Below, in pieces: positions 34,945-45,594 of a stretch of 64,000 bases of DNA. The notes beneath the pieces were generated by a model, which searched no databases, had not been told where the DNA came from, and saw only the letters and a list, made by a program, of their open reading frames with translations. The position numbers and the translations under genes were made by a program. The stretch comes from a virus. Taxonomy: Duplodnaviria > Caudoviricetes. The DNA lies in the IMG/VR virus record IMGVR_UViG_2563366732_000001, positions 3,242 through 67,241 of that record. The stretch is one strand, 5' to 3'. Position 1 is the first letter of the stretch. The number at the start of each line of letters is the position of its first letter.

Positions 34945-35556
34945 ATGAAAAAAATACATATTTTTATAGGGGCAATAATATTATTGATAATAGAGTTAGT
35001 TCTTGGGGGATTTTTTATATTTATATTTATTTTATTTATTGTATTACTTGTTAGATTATTAGTAGTTAAAAGGATAAATGATATATTTATATATAATAGA
35101 TTTACACATAATATATCCCAAAATCCCTCTATTGTAGTATTAATTAAATTAAATACAAAAAATAATTTTATTAATAGTAAAACATATTCACATATGTTAA
35201 AAAAAACATTATGGAGATGTAAAGTTAAGGCAGTAAAATTTTTCGAGAAAACTAAGGTAAAAAAATTCAATACACGAACAAATGAAAATATTGTTCAACA
35301 GTTAGACCACTTTGAAAAAAATGGACTTATTATATTAGTTAAAATTGAAGAGGTAAAGAATAAAAAAGTTTCTGTATGGTCAAAGATAAAGAATAAAATA
35401 ATAAAAGAGGAAAATAATCAACCAATAGAAAAAATGCTTTTATTTGGAGTATTCACAATTATAAAAAATCGTAACAATAAAGAATTTTGGGATTTTATTA
35501 ATAGAGAAGAGATAGTCCACAAGTATGAAATATTAGCAAATAAAAAGAACTCTTAA
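34945..35556 (+). CDS. Membrane-anchored hypothetical accessory protein
   Basis: N-terminal hydrophobic hairpin; very AT-rich. Confidence 0.65.
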   Translation: MKKIHIFIGAIILLIIELVLGGFFIFIFILFIVLLVRLLVVKRINDIFIYNRFTHNISQNPSIVVLIKLNTKNNFINSKTYSHMLKKTLWRCKVKAVKFFEKTKVKKFNTRTNENIVQQLDHFEKNGLIILVKIEEVKNKKVSVWSKIKNKIIKEENNQPIEKMLLFGVFTIIKNRNNKEFWDFINREEIVHKYEILANKKNS

Positions 35557-35596
35557 CGGTTTTTTTTTATGACCAAAAGTATAGAGGTGATAATAA

Positions 35597-35785
35597 ATGA
35601 TTGAAGTAATTTATAAATACACTTGTAACAAATGCGGTAAAGTGGTTGAAGTACCGGCGCAAGTACTCTTGAACTTTCTTCCACCTATGCCAATGATACC
35701 ATTTGGTTGGAATAGATTTAATGATGATGTTATCTGTGAAGATCACTTAGTTGGAATAATGGATAAAACTTCTAGTCAAGGATAA
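35597..35785 (+). CDS. Small zinc-binding phage protein
   Basis: YTCNKCG...ICEDH. Confidence 0.6.
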   Translation: MIEVIYKYTCNKCGKVVEVPAQVLLNFLPPMPMIPFGWNRFNDDVICEDHLVGIMDKTSSQG

Positions 35786-35845
35786 ATGAAAGGAGGATAA
35801 CGCCTTTAAGATATAGAAGTATATAATAGAAGGACGGTAGATAAT

Positions 35846-36508
35846 ATGGATAAAAATGTAAATAAAGCATTGATTACAAAACATAGTGCCACACTAATAG
35901 CTCTTTTATTAAATCCAGAGCCAATTACTAAAGCTATATTTATGGGAGTAGAAATACATAATATTATAAATGATTATAACAATAAAAAAGAAAGTGAAAA
36001 TATAGAAGAAACAATAAAAATATTAAATACCAATAAAGATAAGATGATATCAGAATTAAAAAAATTGGATGATAATGAATGGGAAACTGTCAATAAATTT
36101 ATTCTTCCTAAAGTATTTCATGAAGTAAAAAAAGAAGATGAAAAGGAGAAAATCAAATATATAATGCAGGGATTCTTATATTCAGTTAATAATAAAATTT
36201 ATAAAAAGGATATTATATTATTATATTATGACGTATTAAATCAACTGAGAGCTCTTGATATAAAGATATTAGAATCTCTTGATAAATCCGGAAAAGTAGA
36301 TATAAAATTTTCAGAAGAAGTAAAAGAAAATATTTCAATACCAGTGAATTATATATATTATAAATTGGAAAAACTTAATATATTAGATATAGCTCATGAG
36401 CTAGATTATTTAGCTGGTCTAGGTGAGGAAACCATAAAATTTGAAAATATTAAAATAAGCAAATTTGGAGAACAATTTATTAATTTCATTTTTAATAGAG
36501 AATTTTAA
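35846..36508 (+). CDS. Hypothetical accessory protein, Abi-alpha/DUF4393-like pattern
   Basis: DEKEKIKY...YYDVLNQLRALDIKIL...KLEKLNIL...ISKFGEQFINF, a C-terminal winged-helix-like signature. Confidence 0.5.
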   Translation: MDKNVNKALITKHSATLIALLLNPEPITKAIFMGVEIHNIINDYNNKKESENIEETIKILNTNKDKMISELKKLDDNEWETVNKFILPKVFHEVKKEDEKEKIKYIMQGFLYSVNNKIYKKDIILLYYDVLNQLRALDIKILESLDKSGKVDIKFSEEVKENISIPVNYIYYKLEKLNILDIAHELDYLAGLGEETIKFENIKISKFGEQFINFIFNREF

Positions 36509-36535
36509 TTATATATAATTTAAAATATACACGTA

Positions 36536-36565
36536 AAAAAGAACTCTTAATAGGGTTCTTTTTTT
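36536..36565 (+). terminator. Intrinsic terminator
   Basis: AAAAAGAACTCTTAATAGGGTTCTTTTTTT. Confidence 0.75.
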
Positions 36566-36594
36566 ACGCCCAAAATAAGAGAGAAGGCGAGATA

Positions 36595-36807
36595 ATGGAA
36601 ATTACATTAACAGATATAAAATACAACTGGGATATACAAGATGTTTATTATGCCAATGAAAAGCATCAAGAAAGAACTTTAAAAGGTTATACAGTATTAT
36701 TTCTGATTAATGAAGATATAGAATCTAAAATGGATATATGGACACAACAAGAACTAAGTATAGAAGGAATAAAGGCAAAGATAAAAGAAAAATTGGAGGG
36801 AAAATAA
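36595..36807 (+). CDS. Phage hypothetical protein
   Basis: RBS AGAAGG; ORF track. Confidence 0.55.
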   Translation: MEITLTDIKYNWDIQDVYYANEKHQERTLKGYTVLFLINEDIESKMDIWTQQELSIEGIKAKIKEKLEGK

Positions 36808-36808
36808 T

Positions 36809-37081
36809 ATGTTTAAAAGAAAAGAATTATCAAAATTAAAATCAACGTCAATATTGGTAGCAGATGTGCAACCTATATATGTTAATGAGTATAAAGAAGC
36901 ATGGCAAAAATTAAAGGAACAATTAATCAAGGAAGATAATAAAGACTTAATAAAAGCAATGGGAGAGATAGAAGCTGAAATATATAAACAATCTATTGAG
37001 TATATAAATACAGATAAAGAATTAAAGAATGATGAATTAAAGAAAATAGAAGATGCTTTCTTTAAACGATATTCAAAGTAG
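36809..37081 (+). CDS. Phage hypothetical protein
   Basis: RBS GGAGGG. Confidence 0.6.
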   Translation: MFKRKELSKLKSTSILVADVQPIYVNEYKEAWQKLKEQLIKEDNKDLIKAMGEIEAEIYKQSIEYINTDKELKNDELKKIEDAFFKRYSK

Positions 37082-37238
37082 ACACATGGAATATTAACAG
37101 GAGATGTATATAAGATAGTAAGTAATGCAATAAAATCAATGTGAATTTAGTGAGTTATATCAATGAACAATAATACTCGGATTGGAGTAATAAGAACCCA
37201 AGTAGCACAGCCACCATTATAAAGTGAGATGATATCTA

Positions 37239-37610
37239 ATGGCACAACATAGTTTAAGACCATGTAAGAAGATGGGATGTCCAGAACTAACAAGAGATGA
37301 AAGTGGGTACTGTGATAAGCATAGATACATATATGAGGAACAACAAAAGAAAAGATGGAACACCATGGAAAAAGATAGGAAGAGCGCAAGAGAACGTGGG
37401 TATGATACAAGGTGGGATAAGGCAAGAAAAGGTTATCTGATCAAGCATCCGTTATGTGTAGAGTGTATGAAAGAAAGAAGATATACACCAGCAACAGTAG
37501 TGGACCATATCAAACCACATAGAGGTAATAAGCAATTGTTTTGGGATAGAGATAACTGGCAATCATTATGCAAGAGGTGTCATGATATGAAGACGGCAAG
37601 AGGTAACTAA
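37239..37610 (+). CDS. Terminase-associated HNH endonuclease
   Basis: RPCKKMGCP...YCDKH...ERGYDTRW...HPLCVEC...VVDHIKPHRG...NWQSLCKRCH. Confidence 0.95.
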   Translation: MAQHSLRPCKKMGCPELTRDESGYCDKHRYIYEEQQKKRWNTMEKDRKSARERGYDTRWDKARKGYLIKHPLCVECMKERRYTPATVVDHIKPHRGNKQLFWDRDNWQSLCKRCHDMKTARGN

Positions 37611-37637
37611 GAATGAGAATAAGGATGGTGAGTATAG

Positions 37638-37844
37638 ATGGTACAAGTAGTAATGATGGGTGATGCAACGATGCATAGATTGAGTGAGAAAGAATTAAAA
37701 GATATTGCGGAATATATTTGTAACAAAGATAAACTCATTGAAAGAGTTAAAATATATTATAGAGAAGAGAATGGCAATGTGATTACCAATGAGAAGGTAC
37801 TAGAGTATGATTGTACACCTAACACTATCATAGAGACTAACTAG
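37638..37844 (+). CDS. Hypothetical protein
   Basis: ORF track. Confidence 0.45.
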   Translation: MVQVVMMGDATMHRLSEKELKDIAEYICNKDKLIERVKIYYREENGNVITNEKVLEYDCTPNTIIETN

Positions 37845-37964
37845 AGTGAGACATAACACTTACTACTAATACTAATATGGTAAAGACACTAGTAAAGCGA
37901 TAACTAATAAACAATAGTTGTCTCTTTTTTTATTGTTGTAATGATTAGGTGAGTATCAAATGCA

Positions 37965-38045
37965 GGGTAGGGGGTATGTAAATCCTTGGGGCTATTTACG
38001 GGGGACCGTGTAGTCCAGATTTCCTCATAAAATATTCCCTTTATC
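37965..38045 (+). other. Probable cos/packaging region
   Basis: GC-rich GGGTAGGGGG...GGGGGACCG...AAAATATTCCCTTTATC between the HNH gene and terS, the usual position in HK97-type cos phages. Confidence 0.55.
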
Positions 38046-38066
38046 AGATTTTTAGGAGGTGAGGTC

Positions 38067-38603
38067 ATGGGTAGAAATGCAAAACCAATTAATTTATTAT
38101 TGGCACAGGGCAAGAAACACTTGACCAAAGCCGAAATTGACAAAAGAAAAGATACCGAAATTAAATTAGGAAATAATAAATTAGTATGCCCTAATTATAT
38201 CAAAAATAACGTAAATGCATATAAGAAGTGGAAAGAAATCGTTAAAATTTATAAAGAAGTTGATTTTGTTTCTAGTGGAGATACTGGATTGTTATCAAGA
38301 TACTGTATGACACATAGTGAATATTTGAATTTATGTGAAACTAGGGACAGATTGAGCGGATTACACGCAGATTGGTCACAATATCAAAATATATTTCCAG
38401 AAGAATTTCAAGAAACTGTTGAAAGAGTTTTATATTCAAATACAGATCTTCAAATGGAGACAGCAATTAATAAAAAAATGGATATGCTTATAAAAATGGA
38501 AGATAGACTATTCTTAAATCCATTATCAAAAGTGAAAAATGTGCCAAAACAGGAACCTAAACAAACACCTAGCACATTTGACCAAAAGTTTGGTGATATA
38601 TGA
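38067..38603 (+). CDS. Terminase small subunit (P27-like)
   Basis: MGRNAKPINL...KKHLTKAEI..RK..E; EDRLFLNPLS. Confidence 0.85.
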   Translation: MGRNAKPINLLLAQGKKHLTKAEIDKRKDTEIKLGNNKLVCPNYIKNNVNAYKKWKEIVKIYKEVDFVSSGDTGLLSRYCMTHSEYLNLCETRDRLSGLHADWSQYQNIFPEEFQETVERVLYSNTDLQMETAINKKMDMLIKMEDRLFLNPLSKVKNVPKQEPKQTPSTFDQKFGDI

Positions 38604-40324
38604 GCCTTTTAGAAGAACTAATTCAATACAGTAACGATATAGTGGAAGGTAATATAGTAGCTTGCAAAAAACACAAATGGGCTTGTCAAAGATTTTTAAA
38701 TGATTTAGCAAGAGAAGGTACAGAGGAATTCCCTTATGTTTTTGATGAAGAAAAAGCAAATAACTTTTTAGATTGGATGAGATTTTTCAAACATACTAAA
38801 GGACCATTGGCAGGGACACTTATAGAACCCCATATTATTCAAAGGTTTAATTTTGGGAATATATATGGATGGATAAAAATAAAAAATGGTTATAGGAGAT
38901 TTAAGAAATCATACTGGCAAGTAGGGAGGAAAAATGCGAAGTCTCAAAGTGAAGCTTGCGTTGGTAATTATGAAACTTTTGCTGATGGTGAAAGCGCAAG
39001 TGAAGTATATTGTGCTGCAACAAAAACTAAACAAGCAAAAATAGTATGGAACGAAGCAAGATTACAAGTTAAAAGGTGCCAATTTTTGAAAGGTAAAAAT
39101 AAGATAGCCAATGGTCAAATAATTCATATTAAATCAGACTCTTACATGACATATCTTAGTAAAGAAGATGGTAAAACAGGTGATGGATTTAATCCTCAGT
39201 GTGGAATAATTGATGAATATCACGCCCATCCAACAAGTGAAATGTATGACATTATTGTATCTGGTATGGGTTCAAGAACGCAACCATTAATGATGATTAT
39301 TACAACTGCTGGATATGAATTAAATCATCCTTGCTATTCGGTTGAGTATAAATATGTTAGTAATATATTGAACCCCGACAGTACTACAGAAAATGACGAA
39401 TATTATGTAATGATTAATGAGCTTGATAAAGACGAAAAGGGTAATTTATTAGATGATATAAAGGACGAAAAAGTATGGCTTAAAGCCAACCCAATAGTAG
39501 CTGAAAATGAAGTTGGACTTGATTATTTAAGAGGAGAGCTGAAAGCGGCACTAGATGCACCTGAGAAAATGAAAACATTTCTTACTAAAAACATGGATGT
39601 TTGGATTGATAAAAGAGCAAGTGGATATATGGAAATGGATAGATGGAAAGCTTGTGGTGATGATAAATTTGATTTAAATATATTAAAGAATGCAGAATGT
39701 ATAGCAGGTTTAGATTTATCGGCAAAGATTGATTTAACATCTATTGATTGTGAGTTTAAACTTGACGATGGAAAAAGGGTTGTATTGAGCCATAGTTTTA
39801 TGCCAAAAGATAGACTTGCAGCTAAAATGGACCAAGACAAAGTACGCTATGATCTATGGGAAGAGCAAGGATGGCTTACATTAACTCCAGGAAGTGTAGT
39901 TGATTATAAATATATTAAAAAGTATATCAAAGACAAGGAACGGCTATATAGATGGAGGTTTAAAGAAATAGTATATGACCCATGGAATGCTACACAATTT
40001 GCTCAAGATATGGAATCAGACGGATATACTATGGTTGAAATGCGACAAGGGATAAGAAGCCTAGGAGAAGGTACAAAGGATTTTAGAGACGAAGTTTATG
40101 CAGGTAATATAATTCATAACAACAATCCAGTTTTAACATGGGCACTAGGAAATGCGGTTACTAAAGAAGATGCTAACGAAAATATTATGTTAGATAAAGC
40201 TAAAAGTACATTTAGGATTGATCCAGCTGCTGCAGCTATGAATGCACATGCAAGAATGATTATTATTAATCCTAATGCTGGACATTCAGTTTATGCAAAA
40301 CGTGGAATGAGAAGTTTATTATAA
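38600..40324 (+). CDS. Terminase large subunit
   Basis: QVGRKNAKSQ Walker A, GIIDEYHAH Walker B, GLDLSAKIDLT, RIDP.AA. Confidence 0.97.
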   Translation: MSLLEELIQYSNDIVEGNIVACKKHKWACQRFLNDLAREGTEEFPYVFDEEKANNFLDWMRFFKHTKGPLAGTLIEPHIIQRFNFGNIYGWIKIKNGYRRFKKSYWQVGRKNAKSQSEACVGNYETFADGESASEVYCAATKTKQAKIVWNEARLQVKRCQFLKGKNKIANGQIIHIKSDSYMTYLSKEDGKTGDGFNPQCGIIDEYHAHPTSEMYDIIVSGMGSRTQPLMMIITTAGYELNHPCYSVEYKYVSNILNPDSTTENDEYYVMINELDKDEKGNLLDDIKDEKVWLKANPIVAENEVGLDYLRGELKAALDAPEKMKTFLTKNMDVWIDKRASGYMEMDRWKACGDDKFDLNILKNAECIAGLDLSAKIDLTSIDCEFKLDDGKRVVLSHSFMPKDRLAAKMDQDKVRYDLWEEQGWLTLTPGSVVDYKYIKKYIKDKERLYRWRFKEIVYDPWNATQFAQDMESDGYTMVEMRQGIRSLGEGTKDFRDEVYAGNIIHNNNPVLTWALGNAVTKEDANENIMLDKAKSTFRIDPAAAAMNAHARMIIINPNAGHSVYAKRGMRSLL

Positions 40325-40336
40325 GGAGCTAAATAA

Positions 40337-40741
40337 ATGTTTAATATATTAAGTAAACTAAAAAGGTCAAAAGATGTACCGCTAGCCAATTTTAAAATTG
40401 ATAGGCCACCTAAACAACCACGGAAAATACCTATGCCACCATGTGCACCACCAAGTTCAAAAATTGCACAATTATATACACTTAGTGATTTAATATCCTT
40501 AAGTGACAGAAACGTAATATCAGATAATGAATTTAAAAAGCTATCGAGAGGTTTTCTAAAACTAGATGCTGATAAACCATTAAGTAAAAATTATAGCTGT
40601 ATTCATTGTGAAAAAGCTTTTCAAAGTAAACTGGATGATGCAAAATGCCCCAAATGTGGTGCATATGGAATTAGAGTACCACGAGTAAAACCAACTCCAC
40701 CAAGGAATAGAGTAGTAAGGGATGAAAATCACCCTAAATGA
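40337..40741 (+). CDS. Pro-rich zinc-ribbon hypothetical protein
   Basis: PPKQPRKIPMPPCAPP; CIHC...CPKCG; RBS AAGGAG. Confidence 0.6.
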   Translation: MFNILSKLKRSKDVPLANFKIDRPPKQPRKIPMPPCAPPSSKIAQLYTLSDLISLSDRNVISDNEFKKLSRGFLKLDADKPLSKNYSCIHCEKAFQSKLDDAKCPKCGAYGIRVPRVKPTPPRNRVVRDENHPK

Positions 40742-40891
40742 AAACGTGGAAATATTCGGGAAGAACTTAGGAAATATGTACTATATTAGTGTGCTATACT
40801 TGCAATATAGAAAAATTATTAGAGGGGCAGAATATGCCTTATTTTTATTTAAAGCTTTTTTATTTCAGATATGATTGGAGGTGGTTAAAAT

Positions 40892-42157
40892 TTGAATGAA
40901 TTTCAGCAAAAAGCTGCAAAACTTATATTTGGTAAGACGTTTCAAGAAAAAGTTTCGGACTTTTTAACAGGTAATGATTTAGAAGGAGATAGCACAACAG
41001 GATTCAATATAGATAAAGTAACGGCAATGAAGTATAGCGCAGTTTTTGGTTGTGTGAGAGTTTTAGGAGAAACCTTTGCTAATACACCAGCCATGTTGTA
41101 TAGAAAAGATAAAAACGGTGAAAGAAAAGAAACAAATGATCTAGCAATATATGATATTTTACACAACGAACCCAACAGTGAAATGTCACCTTTCAATTTT
41201 AAAGAAATGTGTATGAATTCTTTAAATTTGGGAGGGAATAGTGTATCTCAAAGATTGCTGAATCGCAAAGGCGAATTGATAGGATTATATCCGTATGTTT
41301 ATGATAGAGTGGAGATTCATAGAGATATTAATACCAAAAAACTTATATATACAGTAGATGGTAAGAAGGATTTTTCAAGAGAAGAGGTTCTGCACATACC
41401 AGGTATAAGTTTTGATGGGATTGTGGGATTAACACCAATAGAATACGCTGCATCTGCTATAAGATTAGGAATTTCATATGAACAATTTGGTGTTAATTTC
41501 TATAAGAATGGTGCAAACTCAACAGGTGCTTTTAAAAGTCCAGGAGTGCTGGAGGAAGTAGCATTTAATAGACTTAAAAAAGAATTGAAAACAAATTATA
41601 CAGGTTTAAAAAATACTGGTACTCCAATGATTTTAGAAGATGGGTTAGAATTTCAACCATTTCAAATTAAACCAGTTGATGCCCAACTTTTGGAAAGTAA
41701 GTATTTTCAAATAGAAGATATTTGCCGAATTTATAGAGTACCACAACATTTAGTCAATAAACTTGATAGGTCCACAAATAATAATATAGAGCAACAAAGC
41801 CTTGAATTTGTTATGTACACAATGCTCCCATGGTTTAAAAGATGGGAAGACAATGTGAATATGCAATTATTAACACGAGAACAAAGACAAGCAGGCTATT
41901 ATTTGGAATTTAAAGCAGACGCACTGTTACGTGGAGATATAGCAAGTAGAGCAACTTACTATGCACAAGGCAGGCAATGGGGTTGGCTATCTGTAAATGA
42001 CATTCATAGACTTGAAAATATGCCTTCTATTGGAGAACCAGGAAACATCTATTTACAACCTTTAAATATGGGTAAGGCTGGTGATATACAAACAAAAGAC
42101 CAATTAAAGGCTATGACAGAAGCCATATACAATACTATTTTAAACAAAAACAAATAA
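40892..42157 (+). CDS. HK97-family portal protein
   Basis: SAVFGCVRVL, ILHNEPN, GIVGLTPI, EDICRIYRVP and EQQSLEF motifs. Confidence 0.97.
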   Translation: MNEFQQKAAKLIFGKTFQEKVSDFLTGNDLEGDSTTGFNIDKVTAMKYSAVFGCVRVLGETFANTPAMLYRKDKNGERKETNDLAIYDILHNEPNSEMSPFNFKEMCMNSLNLGGNSVSQRLLNRKGELIGLYPYVYDRVEIHRDINTKKLIYTVDGKKDFSREEVLHIPGISFDGIVGLTPIEYAASAIRLGISYEQFGVNFYKNGANSTGAFKSPGVLEEVAFNRLKKELKTNYTGLKNTGTPMILEDGLEFQPFQIKPVDAQLLESKYFQIEDICRIYRVPQHLVNKLDRSTNNNIEQQSLEFVMYTMLPWFKRWEDNVNMQLLTREQRQAGYYLEFKADALLRGDIASRATYYAQGRQWGWLSVNDIHRLENMPSIGEPGNIYLQPLNMGKAGDIQTKDQLKAMTEAIYNTILNKNK

Positions 42158-42242
42158 AAGGCTATTAAGCCTTATTTTTATGCTTAAAATTAAGTTTAAC
42201 TACTTATTTTATAGATTAATTACTTTGAAAGGAGGTAAATAT

Positions 42243-43118
42243 ATGCCTAAAATATATCAATTTACTAAAAAAGATAAAACAGGGAATATTAAGAATGTTG
42301 GCAAAATGGAAATTAAAAATCAATCAAACAATTCAGCAGATTTATATTTTTATGGTGATATTGTAAGTATTGCTTACAATGCGGAAGATTGGTGGAGTTT
42401 TGGAGACCCGGAGGATAAAGCACCACAAGATGTTGCGGATTTTTTAAATGAACTTGATGGAATGACAGATGTAAATATACACATAAACAGTGGTGGTGGT
42501 GATGTATTTGCTGGAATAGCGATATATAACATACTCAAAAGCAATGATGCGAACAAAACAACTTATGTTGATGGACTAGCTGCAAGTGCTGCAAGCATAA
42601 TAGCATTGGCAGGAAATACAGTAATAATTCCTTCATCAGCGCAATTTATGATACACAATGCATGGACTTTTGCACAGGGAAACGCAAATGATTTCAGACA
42701 AACAGCAGATTGGCTAGACCAAATTGGATTGTCTCTAGTAAATATCTACATGGACAATGCAAAAGATGGTGTAACAGAAGAACAAATAAAACAAATGATG
42801 GATGATGAAACATGGATGACAGGGGAACAAACATCAGAGTATTTTAATGTACAGGTAGATAAAACAGCAACAGTGGCAGCTTGTGCAAATAGTGAATTCT
42901 TTGGAAAGTATAAACACTTACCTAAAAGCCTTGCTAAGAAAGAGCCACAAGCAGCTAAAAACTCACAAGACAGTAACAGTGAAATATTAAAAGCACTAAA
43001 TAAGATAAATAATAAACTTGAAGAGTTAGAAAAAACAGTTATTGAAGAGCCTAAACTACAAGATAACAAAACAATAGAACAATTAAAAGCAAAATTGGCT
43101 TTAGAATGCACACTCTAA
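42243..43118 (+). CDS. ClpP-like prohead protease
   Basis: HINSGGGDVF, DGLAASAASII, FMIHNAW, MDDETWM; likely ATG at ~42243 after AAGGAGG. Confidence 0.95.
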   Translation: MPKIYQFTKKDKTGNIKNVGKMEIKNQSNNSADLYFYGDIVSIAYNAEDWWSFGDPEDKAPQDVADFLNELDGMTDVNIHINSGGGDVFAGIAIYNILKSNDANKTTYVDGLAASAASIIALAGNTVIIPSSAQFMIHNAWTFAQGNANDFRQTADWLDQIGLSLVNIYMDNAKDGVTEEQIKQMMDDETWMTGEQTSEYFNVQVDKTATVAACANSEFFGKYKHLPKSLAKKEPQAAKNSQDSNSEILKALNKINNKLEELEKTVIEEPKLQDNKTIEQLKAKLALECTL

Positions 43119-43159
43119 GGTTATTTTTATGCAAAAAATAAAAATTCGGGGGTAAAAAA

Positions 43160-44443
43160 TTGGATAAATTAAAAGAATTACAAGACAAAAAAGCAGCATT
43201 ACAGGTACAAGCAAAGGCATTAATCGCTAAAGATGATGCTACAGCGGAGGAAATACAGGCAAAACAGGATGAAATAAAGGCTGTAAATGCAAAAATAAGT
43301 GCTCAAGAACAAATAATTGAGGATGAAAAAGTACAAGCAGCAGCAAAGGCATCTGCTAAGAAAGTAGTTAACGATCCTTTATATGCCGACCCAGCTAATC
43401 ACAGTAAAGACAAGTGGAAAGGCGGCATAGGTGAATTTTTACAAGCAGTTTCACAGGCATCTGCACCAAGTGCTAGAATAGATAATCGTTTAATATTACA
43501 GAATTCTGCAAGCGGGACAAATGAAAATGTTGGTTCAGAGGGTGGATTTTTAATGGATACCGACTTTATAACTGATCTTATGAGTTCAATGAATGCTGAA
43601 ACACAAGTTGCTAACAGAATAAGAAAAATCCCTATAGGCGCAAATACAAATAAATTAAATACTGTAGGAATTGATGAAAATAGCAGGGCAGATGGAAGTA
43701 GATGGGGCGGTGTTCAAGCTTATTGGGGTGCAGAAGCTGGAACAGTTGCAGCCAGTAAACCAAAGTTTAGAGATTTCGAATTAAAGCTTGAAAAGCTAAT
43801 CGGACTTTGCTATGCAACTGATGAATTACTTCAAGATTCTACAGCATTAGGAAATATAATTCAACAAGGGTTCGCAGAGGAAATGTCATTCAAAGTTGAT
43901 GATTCAATAATTAACGGCGATGGTATTGGAAAGCCTTTAGGAATATTAAATTCAAAAGCATTAATTACTGTACCAAAAGAAACAAGTCAAGCTTCTGGAA
44001 CTATAGTAGCGGCAAACATAAATAAAATGTGGATTAGGTTGCCTGCTAGATTAAAGAAAAATGCAGTTTGGTATATAAATCAGGAACTAGATTCACAACT
44101 TACTGAAATGGCATTTAATGCTGGAACAGGCGGTACTATTCATCCGTTAGCAATTGAATATTTGCAAAAAGGAACATTAAAAGGAGCACCAGTTATTCCA
44201 ATAGAACAGGCAGCTGGATTAGGAACTGCTGGAGATATTATATTATGTGATCCTACACAATATGTTGGAATTGATAAGAGCGCACCTAGAGCTGATGTTT
44301 CTATTCATGTAAGATTTTTATATGATGAACAATTATTCAGATTTATCTATAGATTTAATGGAGCACCATTTAGGGATAAGCCTATTACTCCATACAAAGG
44401 TACAACTACATTAAGCCCATTTGTAACATTAGCAAGTAGATAA
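43160..44443 (+). CDS. Major capsid protein (HK97 fold)
   Basis: Coiled-coil delta domain, SEGGFL, AYWGAEA, TDELLQDS, DDSIINGDG.GKPLGILNS. Confidence 0.96.
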   Translation: MDKLKELQDKKAALQVQAKALIAKDDATAEEIQAKQDEIKAVNAKISAQEQIIEDEKVQAAAKASAKKVVNDPLYADPANHSKDKWKGGIGEFLQAVSQASAPSARIDNRLILQNSASGTNENVGSEGGFLMDTDFITDLMSSMNAETQVANRIRKIPIGANTNKLNTVGIDENSRADGSRWGGVQAYWGAEAGTVAASKPKFRDFELKLEKLIGLCYATDELLQDSTALGNIIQQGFAEEMSFKVDDSIINGDGIGKPLGILNSKALITVPKETSQASGTIVAANINKMWIRLPARLKKNAVWYINQELDSQLTEMAFNAGTGGTIHPLAIEYLQKGTLKGAPVIPIEQAAGLGTAGDIILCDPTQYVGIDKSAPRADVSIHVRFLYDEQLFRFIYRFNGAPFRDKPITPYKGTTTLSPFVTLASR

Positions 44444-44464
44444 TTTGAGAGGAGAGATATTAAT

Positions 44465-44896
44465 ATGAGATGTTTAACATTTATACCAGAATCACATAGA
44501 ACAAGAGTACTTTTAGCGCCACAAACAACAGCAGTAGGAGAGGCGAGCTATGTTGCCCCAACTCCTGGTGTTCAAAAAATAACTATAAGGGCAATTGTGT
44601 CTATGGGAAATGCAGCACCACTGGCACTAACTTTAAATTCTGCTGATGATGCAGTGGGAACAAACCCAGTGGCATTTGCTGATATTCCTGTTTTTGTCGG
44701 AGGAGTTAGACAAACAGACGCACACTTGTATACCATAGATGCCGATACTGGTAATTTTATAGTGGATTTTTGCATAACACCTGAACTTATTCCACAAGGA
44801 AAAACATTAGGATTAAGTTACGCAATTAGCAATGCAGCGAATTTAATTTCTGCTGAAATAATTGAAGAAACTGTATATGCTCCAACAGCTTCTTAA
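44465..44896 (+). CDS. Virion-associated hypothetical protein
   Basis: Directly after the capsid gene; beta-rich. Confidence 0.65.
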   Translation: MRCLTFIPESHRTRVLLAPQTTAVGEASYVAPTPGVQKITIRAIVSMGNAAPLALTLNSADDAVGTNPVAFADIPVFVGGVRQTDAHLYTIDADTGNFIVDFCITPELIPQGKTLGLSYAISNAANLISAEIIEETVYAPTAS

Positions 44897-44934
44897 TAAT
44901 TGGTGGCTAGTCCACCTTTTAAGGTTGTGATCTT

Positions 44935-45582
44935 ATGAATACAGAATATAATTTAAAACTGGTTACACCACCAGTAATTGAACCTTTAACGTTGCAAGAA
45001 GCACAAGCATATTTAAGGGTAGAAGATATAACAGATGATGAAGAAAACTCTTATATTCAAACGCTTATAACAGCCGCTAGAGAATGGTGTGAAACATATC
45101 AGCACAGGGCATATATAACTCAGACGTGGGAAATGTCATTAAAAGAATTTCCATGCGCTAGGGAGGATTCTTTAAACAATTATCATATACCTAATATTAT
45201 TGAAATACCTAAAGGAAATTTGCAAACTATTAATAGCATAAATTACAAAGACATATACGGTACTGAATTTAATTTAGTTGAAAATGTTGATTATATAGCT
45301 AGTAATAGTGGGATTTTAGGAAAGATATGCCCACCATATGGCACAATATTTCCGTATGGACCATTATGGCCATTAGATCCTATAATAATAAATTTCACTT
45401 GTGGATACGGTGATAATGCTACTAAAGTACCACAAAAAGTCAAACAAGCTATGTTTATGCTTATAAGCCATTGGTACGATAACAGGTCTATTATAAGTGA
45501 ACTAAGAAGTGTTGATGTTACAAAAGAAATGGCATTTGCCGTTACATCTTTATTAAAAATGGATAGGATAACTATATTGTAG
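44935..45582 (+). CDS. Head-tail connector (gp6-like)
   Basis: PP..EPLTLQEAQAYLRV...LITAAREWCE...VKQAMFMLISHWYDNR. Confidence 0.9.
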   Translation: MNTEYNLKLVTPPVIEPLTLQEAQAYLRVEDITDDEENSYIQTLITAAREWCETYQHRAYITQTWEMSLKEFPCAREDSLNNYHIPNIIEIPKGNLQTINSINYKDIYGTEFNLVENVDYIASNSGILGKICPPYGTIFPYGPLWPLDPIIINFTCGYGDNATKVPQKVKQAMFMLISHWYDNRSIISELRSVDVTKEMAFAVTSLLKMDRITIL

Positions 45583-45594
45583 GTGGTGGATTAA

